This document shows positions 1-8,684 of a DNA stretch of 28,697 bases, piece by piece. A program made the position numbers and the translations under genes. The notes below the pieces were generated by a model. It searched no databases and was not told the DNA's origin. It was given only the letters and a program-made list of their open reading frames with translations. This stretch comes from Candidatus Methylomirabilis sp. (GTDB lineage: Bacteria; Methylomirabilota; Methylomirabilia; Methylomirabilales; Methylomirabilaceae): the NCBI GenBank assembly GCA_041498975.1, contig JBGQJI010000016.1, positions 1 through 28,697 of the forward strand, in the 5' to 3' direction. Position 1 is the stretch's first letter; every line of letters starts with the position of its first letter.

Positions 1-118
1 ATACCTGGCTCGTGACGCTGATTATTGCAAGGAGATACTAGGCAGATAAGTCCTCGTCCTTACAGCCTTATGCGCCGACGCAGGTAGGTTTCGAGAGGGC
101 CGCCCCAAGCAACAACGC

Positions 119-152
119 AGAGGCGGCGGGTCACAGTTGACCCGCCGCCTCT
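119..152 (-). terminator. Hairpin, probable intrinsic terminator downstream of the surface-protein gene
   Basis: Perfect 15-bp inverted repeat AGAGGCGGCGGGTCA-cagt-TGACCCGCCGCCTCT about 30 nt after the stop at 181; only a weak U-rich tail (GCGTTGTT) on the minus strand. Confidence 0.7.
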
Positions 153-180
153 AACAGACCACCGTCAAAGTTATTTCAGC

Positions 181-2259
181 TTAGCGGAGCGACCTCCGGG
201 CTCGCAGCAGCCATGCCATTCCGCCCAGGAAGGCCAGTCCAAGCCCTGTCATCCCCCAGGGGCCAGCGGCAGGTATCCGCGTGAGGAGCGTGGTGGTCGT
301 GAGCTGCGGGAGCGTTGTGGTCGTCGTTTCCAGTTGCGGCAGCGTGGTTGCCGTGATGCTAGTAGTCGAGGTGCTGATCGAGGTGGAGGTCGTGAGCTCC
401 TGCACCGTGCTGCTGGTGCTCGAGGTTGACGTGCTGCTGGTGCTCGAGGTCGACGTGCTGGACGTGCTGCTCGTGCTCGAGGTCGACGTGCTGGACGTGC
501 TGCTCGTGCTCGAGGTTGACGTGCTTGATGTGCTCGTCGAGGTGCTCGTGGTCGTTTCTGGCAGCGTGATACTCGTCGTGCTCGACGAGGTGCTGGTCGT
601 GCTTTCCGTGGTGCTGGTCGTGCTTTCCGTGGTGGAGGTCGTCGAGGGCTCTGTGGTGGAAGTCGTCGAGGTCGTCGTCGTAGTCGGGAAACACGCCCGG
701 GAGCAATCCGCAATCGTCCCTTCGGTCCCGACGTATGTCGGCAGCGTCGGCGCACTGGGACTACAAAGACCGGTCGTGGGCGGACCCGGAGTGGTCGCCG
801 AAGTACCATTGAATGGGAAGGAAGTACCAGTCGTATCCACGGTCCCGCAAGCTGTCAACGTGATCGTTCCACGCTGAGCTACTGGGACAGGGTGGGCGAC
901 ATCACCGGTGCCGGTTGGCCGGACATCGCCGGTCCCGCCTTGCCAGTCCAGGTTCCCGGTAAAGGACCGAATCGAGATCGTGCCGCCCGTTCCGAATCCC
1001 CCGCTCGCGTTGAAATCCCCTTCCGCGAACAGGACGGTCGCGGTATTGAGGTTAATATCCAAAGCGGCCTCGAGGGTCACCTGCCCTCCGTCGCCGCCAG
1101 GGCTGATTGCATTGGTCTGGAAGACCTGGCCGGTAGCAATGATCTTGCCGCCTACCGACTTGACGGTGATCTGCCCGCCATTATCGTTCGTCCCGGCGTC
1201 TCCGTTGGCGTGCACCGCGAAGGCAGGCGAAGCTGGACCGGTCACCGTGATGTTGCCATTCGCGAATAGATCAATCCACGATGTCCCACCGGATCCTCCC
1301 GAGCCGCCAGTATCGGCGTCGATCTCGCCGTGGTTTGCACCGGTACTGTCGATGGTTATGGTGCTGCTGGACCACACTTCCACGCAGGCCGTCGAATTCG
1401 ATGGCTTGCCAGGGCGGTTCGTGCCGTCGCAGTGGTTTGCCGGGCTGTTGGGAATCGCGTGACCGACGCCGGTGGATTGCACCAGGCCGTCGATTATGAC
1501 TGTGCACCCTTCGAGGTGCACGAGGTCTGCGCCGGGGTCTTGCCCCTCGCTGCTGATTTTGCCGGTGGGGCTGACGTTCAGCTCGCATCCCGCTTTGACA
1601 GTGATCGGCCCGCCCCCGGGGGCCTGTGTCGCCCCAGTCCCGCTCTTGGTACTCTTGGATTGAACGAGGCCGTCGATGTCGATCTTTGCGGGGGCCTGCG
1701 TCTGGATGAGGATTGCGCCGGCGGAGCACTTGCCTCCATTGGCGGAGATCACCGAGCCGTTCTGGGTGGTAATGTTGCCGACTGCAGTTAGGGTGATGGT
1801 GCCACCTGTGCCGTTGCAGTCACCCGAACTCTTGAGCTGGTCTGATGATATTTTCGCGCCCTTCGTCCCGCTGCCGTTCAGTGTGATGTCGCCGCTCGTG
1901 GTGATCGTGATCGGGCTGCCCGACAACGTTGCACTGTTGACGTCACCCGAGATGCCGTTCGTGCCCGTCGCCCCCGTTGGGACATCTATAATCAGATTCC
2001 CGGTGATATTCAGGGTAAGGCCCCCGGCCGTGTTCGTCGTGATCTTGCCCGCTCCCAGGATGTGCAGGGGGTGGGCGATGGCGAATGTGCCATTCTTGGT
2101 GAGCGCGGTGCTTACTTCACACTCCCCAGTCCCGACGTTGAAAAGCACAGCCGGGTCCAGCACGTCACAGTGGGGCTGGTCGGCGCGCAACTTCGACCCC
2201 CCGATGAATATCAGATTGGCCACCAGGAATGCTATCGCCAGGATGGTTCGTTGTTTCAC
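181..2259 (-). CDS. Secreted/surface-anchored Gly/Thr-rich repeat protein (adhesin-like) with Ser/Thr linker and IPTL-CTERM-like sorting tail
   Basis: 692-aa ORF, GTG start after GGAGGTG RBS; N-terminal signal peptide; repeated GGxITI/V motifs typical of beta-helical adhesins; about 135-aa T/S stalk; C-terminus IPAAGPWG + hydrophobic helix + RARRSLR. Confidence 0.8.
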   Translation of the reverse strand: MKQRTILAIAFLVANLIFIGGSKLRADQPHCDVLDPAVLFNVGTGECEVSTALTKNGTFAIAHPLHILGAGKITTNTAGGLTLNITGNLIIDVPTGATGTNGISGDVNSATLSGSPITITTSGDITLNGSGTKGAKISSDQLKSSGDCNGTGGTITLTAVGNITTQNGSVISANGGKCSAGAILIQTQAPAKIDIDGLVQSKSTKSGTGATQAPGGGPITVKAGCELNVSPTGKISSEGQDPGADLVHLEGCTVIIDGLVQSTGVGHAIPNSPANHCDGTNRPGKPSNSTACVEVWSSSTITIDSTGANHGEIDADTGGSGGSGGTSWIDLFANGNITVTGPASPAFAVHANGDAGTNDNGGQITVKSVGGKIIATGQVFQTNAISPGGDGGQVTLEAALDINLNTATVLFAEGDFNASGGFGTGGTISIRSFTGNLDWQGGTGDVRPTGTGDVAHPVPVAQRGTITLTACGTVDTTGTSFPFNGTSATTPGPPTTGLCSPSAPTLPTYVGTEGTIADCSRACFPTTTTTSTTSTTEPSTTSTTESTTSTTESTTSTSSSTTSITLPETTTSTSTSTSSTSTSSTSSTSSTSTSSTSSTSSTSTSSTSSTSTSSTSSTVQELTTSTSISTSTTSITATTLPQLETTTTTLPQLTTTTLLTRIPAAGPWGMTGLGLAFLGGMAWLLRARRSLR
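400..680 (-). repeat. Coding tandem repeats of the Ser/Thr stalk (STSTSSTS, TTESTTS units)
   Basis: Repeated GTGCTGCTGGTGCTCGAGGTCGAC-like units and GTGCTGGTCGTGCTTTCCGTG x2. Confidence 0.8.
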
Positions 2260-2442
2260 AGTTCACCTCCGATCGATAACAACTTCCAGGAAGTTGCTCG
2301 CCGGGATAGAGGCAGTCAGAAGTAGCTGATCATGGCTTGCAGCCATGAAGCCCATTTTGCCAAAAAGTGTAAGATCGCAAACAGTATGCCGAGAAGACCC
2401 GAGATTCAAACTCGCTCTCTCCCTAGGCAGAGTCCCTCGCGC

Positions 2443-2913
2443 TCAGGCGTGCGCGGGCTCGCCTCCCGTAGCAGGCAAGGTCAGGCTGGCGAGGCCAACC
2501 AGCTCCTCAAGCACCCTCGACAAGACCCGCCGCCTGGCCCATACTTCCCCCCGCTGCACGGCACGGATCGCCTTCGCGAGGTCGGTCCCCTCACCCTTCA
2601 CGACGTATCCCCTTGCCCCGTGTTTGAGCGCTTCCAGGACAACCTCCTCCTCGGTGTGGCCCGAGAGCATGATGACCTGCGTTTTCGGGCTATACCACCG
2701 GACCACACGAAGGACATCCAGGCCGCTCATTCCGGGCAAGTCGAGGTCGAGTGTCAACACGTCTGGAGCCAAGCGGCCCACAGCAGCGACCGCCTCCCAC
2801 GCGTCCTGCGCCTCCCCGACCACTTCCAAATCGGGCGATAGGCGAAGCTGTTCGCAGAGAAGCTCGCGGTACTGCGGGTGGTCTTCAGCGATGACGACCC
2901 GGGCGGACGTCAT
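2443..2913 (-). CDS. Response regulator, NarL-type receiver domain only (no HTH)
   Basis: VVIAEDH...DVLTLDLDLPG...IMLSG...GYVVKG receiver motifs; likely start is ATG 2913 (MTSARV), not the ORF-track start. Confidence 0.85.
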   Translation of the reverse strand: MTSARVVIAEDHPQYRELLCEQLRLSPDLEVVGEAQDAWEAVAAVGRLAPDVLTLDLDLPGMSGLDVLRVVRWYSPKTQVIMLSGHTEEEVVLEALKHGARGYVVKGEGTDLAKAIRAVQRGEVWARRRVLSRVLEELVGLASLTLPATGGEPAHA

Positions 2914-3244
2914 GAATGTGGCTCCCGTGCTGGTGTGCTTGCTATGCGGGGTCTCTGTTATCAGTTGTCGAAGCATCTTGGCGGGTCCAGGGTCCGTACT
3001 GATCGGGGCCTCTCATTCTCATTATCAGTATGATTTCCCACCCGTGAACGCCACGCCATCAACCGTCAGCTTCAAATCCAATAAGGTACACTACATTAGT
3101 GTACCCGGCGAAGCTACGATAGGCAATCGACCGTTCGGCGTATTTTTGGAAAAAACAGGACCTACGCCTTTGACGGATACTCATCGACCCCTGGGATGGC
3201 CATAAGCCCGCCAAAGTGCGTGGAGCATCAGGCGAGGGTAGTGA

Positions 3245-3898
3245 TCATTCGGTGTGATCCGCAATCCGATACAGGAGGAGCTGTAACCGACGGCTGACCC
3301 GTAACTTGCCGAAAATATTGCTCACATGCGTCTTCACGGTCTTCTCGCTGATCCCGAGCTGGGAGGCGATCTCTTTGTTCGTCTTCCCTTGCATGACCCA
3401 GGTGACCACCTCCTGCTCTCGATCGGTCAGGCTCTCTCGGGTCTCTGCGAGGGGCCCATGGAGGTCACTCACCTTCTTGCGCAAGTTTTCCAGGATCTGC
3501 GTCAGCACCCTGCGCTCTGCCCATATCTCCCCCGCGTACGTGGCATGGACGGCTCTGAGGAGATCTTTGTGGGTGAGCGTCTTCAGCAGATACCCCTTGG
3601 CGCCCAACTCCAAGGCCTTGGAAATGAACTCGTCCTCGGGAAAGCCCGAGAGGATCAGGACCTTCGTCATCGGGCATTTCGCGCGGATCCTGGGAAGGAC
3701 CTCGAGCCCACCCATCTCGGGCATCCGGACATCCAACAGCAGGATATCCGGTTGGAGGGATTCCGTCAGGCTCAGCGCTTGGAGGCCATCCGCCGCCTCG
3801 CCCACGACCATGATGTTGTTGTCCTGAGCGAGAAGCATGCGGAGGCCCTCTCGAAAGAGCGAGTGGTCGTCAGCGATGAGCACCGTGATCTGGTGCAT
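3245..3898 (-). CDS. NarL/FixJ-family response regulator (REC + LuxR HTH)
   Basis: VLIADDH...DILLLDVRMP...GYLLK receiver; LTDREQEV...GKTNKEIA...ISEKTVKTHVSNIFGKL LuxR HTH; start probably ATG 3898. Confidence 0.93.
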   Translation of the reverse strand: MHQITVLIADDHSLFREGLRMLLAQDNNIMVVGEAADGLQALSLTESLQPDILLLDVRMPEMGGLEVLPRIRAKCPMTKVLILSGFPEDEFISKALELGAKGYLLKTLTHKDLLRAVHATYAGEIWAERRVLTQILENLRKKVSDLHGPLAETRESLTDREQEVVTWVMQGKTNKEIASQLGISEKTVKTHVSNIFGKLRVSRRLQLLLYRIADHTE

Positions 3899-4165
3899 CG
3901 GGGCCTCGTGCGTCACGCCTGCTTGACGCGGTGTCGGAGGGTCACCCCTCCTGAGTCGGCGTTGGCGTCTCTCGCCGGCGCCTAACGCCTGGATACCTGC
4001 TGGTTCGTGTACGGAGCGAGAAGCGGTAGAGAATAGCCCCGGGCTTGTCCGGGCGCACTCCTGAGAATACACCAACTTCAGGCCGGTTCTCGCCGCCAAC
4101 GGCTGGACGGCATGTCAAACCGCCTGATTTCAAAGTGGATATACAACCTTATTGAAGTGGCCGCC

Positions 4166-4194
4166 ATCATAATCAGGGGCCCATGATCTGTCAA
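4166..4194 (-). promoter_or_regulatory. Sigma70-type promoter for the response regulator
   Basis: Minus strand TTGACA-17 bp-TATGAT. Confidence 0.6.
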
Positions 4195-4268
4195 GAAAAA
4201 TAAGCAGTTGTAAGGTAACGTGGCCGGGGGACGAACGAAGAATTTCAGGTTTTCTGGCCCTCGCGCTT

Positions 4269-4436
4269 GCCCAGAACAGAGATAGACTTACCAACGGCCT
4301 GAAGTATCTGTCATTGCGAGCACCCAAAGGGTGCGCGGCAATCTAAAAGCAAAAAGGCGAGATTGCGCAGCCTGCCCCGAGCAGTGGCGAGGGGTCTCGC
4401 TCCTCGCAATGACGATTCCTATCTCTGTTCTTGGGC
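4269..4436. mobile_element. MITE-like palindromic element with a GTCATTGCGAG...CTCGCAATGAC REP-like core
   Basis: Terminal IRs GCCCAGAACAGAGATAG (4269-4285) / CTATCTCTGTTCTTGGGC (4419-4436); internal GTCATTGCGAG..GCAATCT..GAGATTGC..CTCGCAATGAC; related motifs at 10973-11153. Confidence 0.65.
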
Positions 4437-4450
4437 GCCTCGGTAGTGGG

Positions 4451-4615
4451 TCAATTTGAATCCAGCAAGCCTACGATCTCCTCTATTGTCCATACATGGT
4501 AGGAAACTCTCGCCTGCATCGCCGGGGTCACTCGAAGGGTTTGGTGGATTCTCCCGAAGTTGTACCACATGAAATGAAGGGCTACGGCAGCTTCTAGGTT
4601 CTTGACCTTTTCAAA
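4451..4615 (-). pseudogene. C-terminal remnant of an IS1-family-like transposase
   Basis: Manual translation FEKVKNLEAAVALHFMWYNFGRIHQTLRVTPAMQARVSYHVWTIEEIVGLLDSN*, ending inside the TIR; N-terminal part absent. Confidence 0.8.
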
Positions 4616-4661
4616 CTAAGGGTATGGCTTGAGCGGTCAAGCATATCAAGGGAAAAATGAC

Positions 4662-4707
4662 TTGACAGAATGAATATCTGGACTAATATTCGGACAGGCT
4701 GTATAGT
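4662..4707 (+). promoter_or_regulatory. Sigma70-like promoter(s) for the cargo genes
   Basis: TTGACA (4662) with TAATAT 16 bp downstream; also TGGACT-17 bp-TATAGT (4679-4707). Confidence 0.45.
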
Positions 4708-4742
4708 ATTTTGCCCTATTGCGAAAAGAATGCGAGGAAGCC

Positions 4743-4979
4743 ATGCTCGACCGAGAATTTGAGTATTATAAAGCTCACGAAAACGAGCTTGTGGAGCGCT
4801 ACAAGGGCAAATTTATTGCTATTGTAGGCGAAGAAGTCGTGGGGGTTTTCGAGTCTGAACTAACAGCCTACCAGCAGATGAAGGAAAAATACGGATTAGG
4901 CAAGTTCCTCCTTCAACACTGTGTGCCCCTCAAGGACCGCCTTATCCAACGCTACCATTCGCGTGTAGCGTTCCGCTAA
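4743..4979 (+). CDS. DUF5678-like small protein
   Basis: MLDREFEYYKAHENELVERYKGKFIAIVGEEVVG pattern typical of DUF5678; GAGGAAG RBS before ATG 4743. Confidence 0.75.
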   Translation: MLDREFEYYKAHENELVERYKGKFIAIVGEEVVGVFESELTAYQQMKEKYGLGKFLLQHCVPLKDRLIQRYHSRVAFR

Positions 4980-5012
4980 TCGTCTGATTCATTCGTACAT
5001 CTAGGATCCGCC

Positions 5013-5597
5013 GTGAAGTTCCACCCCAATCTCAGAGCGTTTACCACCAAATCCACTGGGATTGTTAGGGAACTGGTGAATGAGATTTATCTGTGTGAAG
5101 CATACGACCCAGCAACCGGCCAACCAGGGCCAGTTAGACGGCCATACAAGGCCGTCTGGGATACTGGGGCCACTGGGAGTCTCATTGGCCCAAAGGTTGT
5201 GCAGGAACTAAATCTTCAACCCAGCGGCAGAGAAAATGTTCACGCTGTTGGTGCTGACAATCAGGGTCATGTATACGAAACTAATACCTACCTGATCAAC
5301 ATTTATCTGCCCAATGATGTCGGGATTGTTGGTGTTCGTGTTGGCGAGGGAGGACTTGGCGATAATGATGTTCTCCTTGGAATGGACATTATTTCTTTTG
5401 GCGACTTTGCGATTTCAAACTACAACGGTCAAACGTGGTGGACATTTAGAACGCCGCCAAATGAAGCCGTTGATTTTGTTGAAGAAATTAATGAGCACAA
5501 CAGAAAACGTGGAATCCGAATGGTACCCAGCGCGGAGGAAAAGCGGAGACAAAGAAATAGGGAAAAAAGCAGGAGGCGAAAAGCTAAACACAAATAG
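5013..5597 (+). CDS. Retropepsin-like (clan AA) aspartyl protease
   Basis: AVWDTGATGS catalytic motif and DVLLGMDII closing motif; very basic C-tail. Confidence 0.85.
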   Translation: MKFHPNLRAFTTKSTGIVRELVNEIYLCEAYDPATGQPGPVRRPYKAVWDTGATGSLIGPKVVQELNLQPSGRENVHAVGADNQGHVYETNTYLINIYLPNDVGIVGVRVGEGGLGDNDVLLGMDIISFGDFAISNYNGQTWWTFRTPPNEAVDFVEEINEHNRKRGIRMVPSAEEKRRQRNREKSRRRKAKHK

Positions 5598-5602
5598 AAC
5601 GC

Positions 5603-5845
5603 TTACCTTTCTACTCCTTTCCACCTAACATGAGCTGCCTTTCTAGCAATTTTGCTCCTCTCCTTAGGCGTCAGTTTTTCTGCCCTAGCCTTTCCACCTT
5701 TCAGCCCACCTAGCCGGCCAAGAGCAACAGCCGCTTCATGTACACTCGCGCTCACTGAAGGCTTGCGACGGGTTGCTGCCCGAACAATAGATGCAGCGAG
5801 AACGTTGATATCGGATGGTTGCTTCTTGCTTGTGCGCTTAGGCAT
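5603..5845 (-). CDS. Small basic KGG-motif protein (often annotated histone H1-like/RNA-binding), IS-associated
   Basis: MPKRTSK...AAVALGRLGGLKGGKARAEKLTPKERSKIARKAAHVRW; begins just inside the right TIR. Confidence 0.8.
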   Translation of the reverse strand: MPKRTSKKQPSDINVLAASIVRAATRRKPSVSASVHEAAVALGRLGGLKGGKARAEKLTPKERSKIARKAAHVRWKGVER

Positions 5846-5851
5846 GCCATC

Positions 5852-5880
5852 AGTATAGGTATGCCCGAGTCTCCTGTCAA
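5852..5880 (-). promoter_or_regulatory. Near-consensus sigma70 promoter abutting the right TIR
   Basis: TTGACA-17 bp-TATACT; the ATG at 5845 lies 7 nt after the -10 box. Confidence 0.7.
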
Positions 5881-6051
5881 GGCTTGCTAGATTCAAACTG
5901 ACCCACTACCCGCGCTTCCTCCGCCTTGACACCTCTTCGACCACGTGGTACGGTCGCCGCACGTTGCAGTAGATCGGACCGAAGCCCACCACTATATGGC
6001 CCCATTATCCAGACCTGAAACGCATCCGTTGAACTCAACGCCGATATCCAG

Positions 6052-6990
6052 ATGACCGGGCGCTGGAAAGGCACCGATGGGCATGCCACCATCGATCTTC
6101 CGACCGTTGCCCTGCTTGCCTCCTTCTGCCTGGTGTGGGGCGGCGCCATGGTGGCGATCAAGGTCGGCCTCTCTGGCGCCCCGCCGTTGTCCGCCGCGGG
6201 CATTCGTTTCGCCCTGGCAAGCCTGACCGTCCTGTTGCTGGCGTCAGTCCGTGGGAAGGGCCTTTCCCTCGGGGTCGGCTCCCGGCGGCCCGTGCTCCTC
6301 CTCGGCCTTCTGCTGGTTGTGCAACACGGCCTCTTCAACCTTGGCATCAACCTGACCACAGCCAGCCGCGCCGCGGTCTTCCTCTACACCCAGCCGGTCT
6401 TCGTCGCCATCCTGGCCCATCGGTTCATCTCGGCTGACCGGCTGGATCGCACCAAGCTGCTGGGTATCAGCCTGTCCTTCCTTGGGCTGCTCGTCGTCTT
6501 CGCGGAGCGGTTGCAGACTTTCGACCCTCGGGTTCTATTCGGGGATGGCTTAGTCCTCCTCTCTGCGTTGTGTTGGGCGATCGGGACGATCTATCAGAAA
6601 GATCTGCTGGTCTTCATCGAGCCCTCCGCCCTGGTCTTCTACCAGATGGTGGTGGCCTTCCCCATCTTTTTCCTGTTGAGCCTGTTCTTCGAACCGGCCC
6701 TCATCATCGCGCTGGACGCAAAGATCGTGCTGGCGTTCCTCTATCAGGGCGTCATCGCCGCCGGCTTGACCTTTGTGGCCTTCGCGGCCCTCCTCAAGCG
6801 TCACTCTGCCAGCCTGCTCTCCTCTTTCATCTTCCTGGCGCCGATCTTCGGTGTTCTGCTCGGACATCTGATCCTTCGGGACCCGCTGACATCCTACCTC
6901 GGGGCAGGCCTGGGCCTGGTGGCGGTCGGCATCTTCATTGTGAATAGACCGAAGAAAAGAAGTTCACGGTTCAAAGTTCAAGGTTCATAG
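6052..6990 (+). CDS. EamA/DMT family transporter
   Basis: About 10 TM helices in two repeats; LVWGG, AGIRF, YTQPVFVAILAH, GDGLVLLSALCWA, APIFGVLLG motifs. Confidence 0.92.
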   Translation: MTGRWKGTDGHATIDLPTVALLASFCLVWGGAMVAIKVGLSGAPPLSAAGIRFALASLTVLLLASVRGKGLSLGVGSRRPVLLLGLLLVVQHGLFNLGINLTTASRAAVFLYTQPVFVAILAHRFISADRLDRTKLLGISLSFLGLLVVFAERLQTFDPRVLFGDGLVLLSALCWAIGTIYQKDLLVFIEPSALVFYQMVVAFPIFFLLSLFFEPALIIALDAKIVLAFLYQGVIAAGLTFVAFAALLKRHSASLLSSFIFLAPIFGVLLGHLILRDPLTSYLGAGLGLVAVGIFIVNRPKKRSSRFKVQGS

Positions 6991-7047
6991 TCCAAAAATC
7001 GCTGAACCTTGAACGCAGAAGACTCCGAACGCCGAACTCCGAACTAC
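6961..7047. repeat. Heptamer tandem repeats (GTTCAnn / CTCCGAA) between convergent genes
   Basis: GTTCACG GTTCAAA GTTCAAG GTTCATA ... CTCCGAA CGCCGAA CTCCGAA. Confidence 0.75.
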
Positions 7048-7757
7048 GAACTGCGTTGGGTCCCGCGCTCCCACAGGACAAGCCCGAGGGTGACCAGGAC
7101 TAAGAGGACCAGCGAGGCATACGCGTAGTCGCGAGAGGCAAACAGGATGAGGTCGTCGAACCGGCCGATGACCAGCGACATCCTGGCCATCACGGTATAG
7201 CCAAAGCCTGCGCCGAAGTTGATCATCAGGAAGTAGACTCCGATCCTGGCGGAGATCTGGATCACTCCTTTGTGCTCGATCGAGAAAAAGAAATAGATCA
7301 GGACCGTGATGACGCCTGCGAGGATCAAGAGGGTGTTGAACTGCGTCATCCCGAAGGGACGCTGTCCGGCGTTCAGGATCGGCTTCAACGTCCCCTGCAC
7401 CTGTTGGAGGATGTTGGAGGAGATGATCCGGGGGATGGCCACGCCGGAACCGAAGCCCACGATCACTGCGAATGAGATCCGGCTCAGCCAGCTCACTTTC
7501 GGGATGAAGCGCGTGAGCACTAGGAGGCCCAGAAGCGCGGGGATCACAAGCCACCATTTTCCTTCCTGGATCATTGGGCTGTAGAGGCTCTTGACCATCA
7601 CGTCGTAGTGGATCCGGATGATGATGTACCCCATGGAGATTCCCACGTAGAGGTGCTCCCCGAACCTGAAGAACGGGTTGTCCTTGTACAGGAAGCTGAA
7701 CATGAACAGTGTCAGCCCAGCAGCCACCCAGCCCCCGATGAAGACCGAAGCGGCCAT
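7044..7757 (-). CDS. Conserved hypothetical multi-pass membrane protein of the GlmL/DUF6754 cluster
   Basis: About 7 TM helices; SFLYKDNPFFRFGEHLYVG and FGAGFGYTVMARMSL motifs; TGATG overlap with upstream gene (TTG 7760 is an alternative start). Confidence 0.8.
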   Translation of the reverse strand: MAASVFIGGWVAAGLTLFMFSFLYKDNPFFRFGEHLYVGISMGYIIIRIHYDVMVKSLYSPMIQEGKWWLVIPALLGLLVLTRFIPKVSWLSRISFAVIVGFGSGVAIPRIISSNILQQVQGTLKPILNAGQRPFGMTQFNTLLILAGVITVLIYFFFSIEHKGVIQISARIGVYFLMINFGAGFGYTVMARMSLVIGRFDDLILFASRDYAYASLVLLVLVTLGLVLWERGTQRSS

Positions 7758-8614
7758 CAACGCCGCACCTCTTCAGGCGAGCCGCGTGGGACTGCCGTCC
7801 GCGGGGAAATGAAATAGAAAAGGTTGCAGAGCAGGATCAGGAGGATGATGACAAAATGCGTGGCCGATTGCGCATCCATGCCGGCCACCCCTTTCCCCTT
7901 CATCCCGATCAGGGTTTCGTACTCGGCCGCCCCACGCAACCCGCCGATCAGGCCGTTGATCTGACCGGTGTTGAGGAACGGATAGAGCCCGGGCGCGATG
8001 ACGGCCGTCACCCCTCCGGCCAGCTCGAACCCGTACTTCTCCTTGCCATAGACGTACCAGCTTTCGACACCGGGGGTCCCCGCGGCGAGGCTCACGACAT
8101 AATTCACCTGCCTCAGCGACCGGACCCCGCGCAGGGCCGGGAGGTCTGCAGTCCGCTGGCCGTAGTAGTCGGTGGGGAACGTGGCGGTCAGGTCCTGGCC
8201 CATGTTGATGATCACGTTGGCCCCCCCGGGCGAGTAACCCAGGAAGGCGTAGTCCATCCCTCGTCGCTTCCCATACTCCATTGCGACCCCGCTCACCACC
8301 TTTTCGGCCATCCCGGTTCCTGTGACCCACAGGGTCATGCCGATCACCCGCAGATCCCGCTTGAAGGCGTGTTTGAGCAGTGCAACCGCCATCGGGTAGA
8401 GTTCCGGCTTCGACGCCGGATCGAAGTCAAGCGACAGCAGAAACACGGACCCGGGCGGAAGCGACTCGATGTGGTCATGGACGGCCTTTACCTCGGGCGA
8501 GATCCGGATCGGCAACCCAATCGGGTGAAGGAGCGGGAGCAGCGTCGCAAGCGCAATCAGGACGAAAATCGCCCGACGGTCCAGGCGCAGCAGTCTGCCC
8601 GCTAGCGCTCTCAC
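7757..8614 (-). CDS. Conserved hypothetical membrane-anchored protein of the cluster
   Basis: N- and C-terminal TM helices flanking an alpha/beta domain; YPFLNTGQINGLIGGLRGAAEYE and GMDAQS motifs. Confidence 0.8.
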   Translation of the reverse strand: MRALAGRLLRLDRRAIFVLIALATLLPLLHPIGLPIRISPEVKAVHDHIESLPPGSVFLLSLDFDPASKPELYPMAVALLKHAFKRDLRVIGMTLWVTGTGMAEKVVSGVAMEYGKRRGMDYAFLGYSPGGANVIINMGQDLTATFPTDYYGQRTADLPALRGVRSLRQVNYVVSLAAGTPGVESWYVYGKEKYGFELAGGVTAVIAPGLYPFLNTGQINGLIGGLRGAAEYETLIGMKGKGVAGMDAQSATHFVIILLILLCNLFYFISPRTAVPRGSPEEVRR

Positions 8615-8649
8615 TCGCGACCCCCCAGGTATGATCGCTCGATCTCCAA

Positions 8650-8676
8650 AGAGGGCGCAGCAAGCAGCGCCCCTAC
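8650..8676 (-). repeat. GTAG-type REP-like palindrome between duplicated gene ends
   Basis: Minus strand GTAGGGGCGCTGCTTGCTGCGCCCTCT, flanked by 33-bp direct repeats at 8611-8643 and 8685-8717. Confidence 0.7.
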
Positions 8677-8684
8677 CTTGTCCC

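Larger units (their letters stand above)
4442..5910. mobile_element. Non-autonomous IS1-family-like element with passenger genes
   Basis: 31-bp TIRs, 29/31 identical (GGTAGTGGGTCAATTTGAATCCAGCAAGCCT at 4442-4472; reverse complement at 5880-5910); transposase remnant at left end; AT-richer interior; no clear target-site duplication. Confidence 0.8.

Noticed and set aside
249..877. Overlapping Val-rich, Arg-rich and His-rich ORFs
   Set aside because: Alternative-frame or antisense shadows of the Ser/Thr repeat stalk
4433..5920. Target-site duplication of the IS-like element
   Set aside because: Flanks GGCGCCTC and CGCGCTTC are not identical
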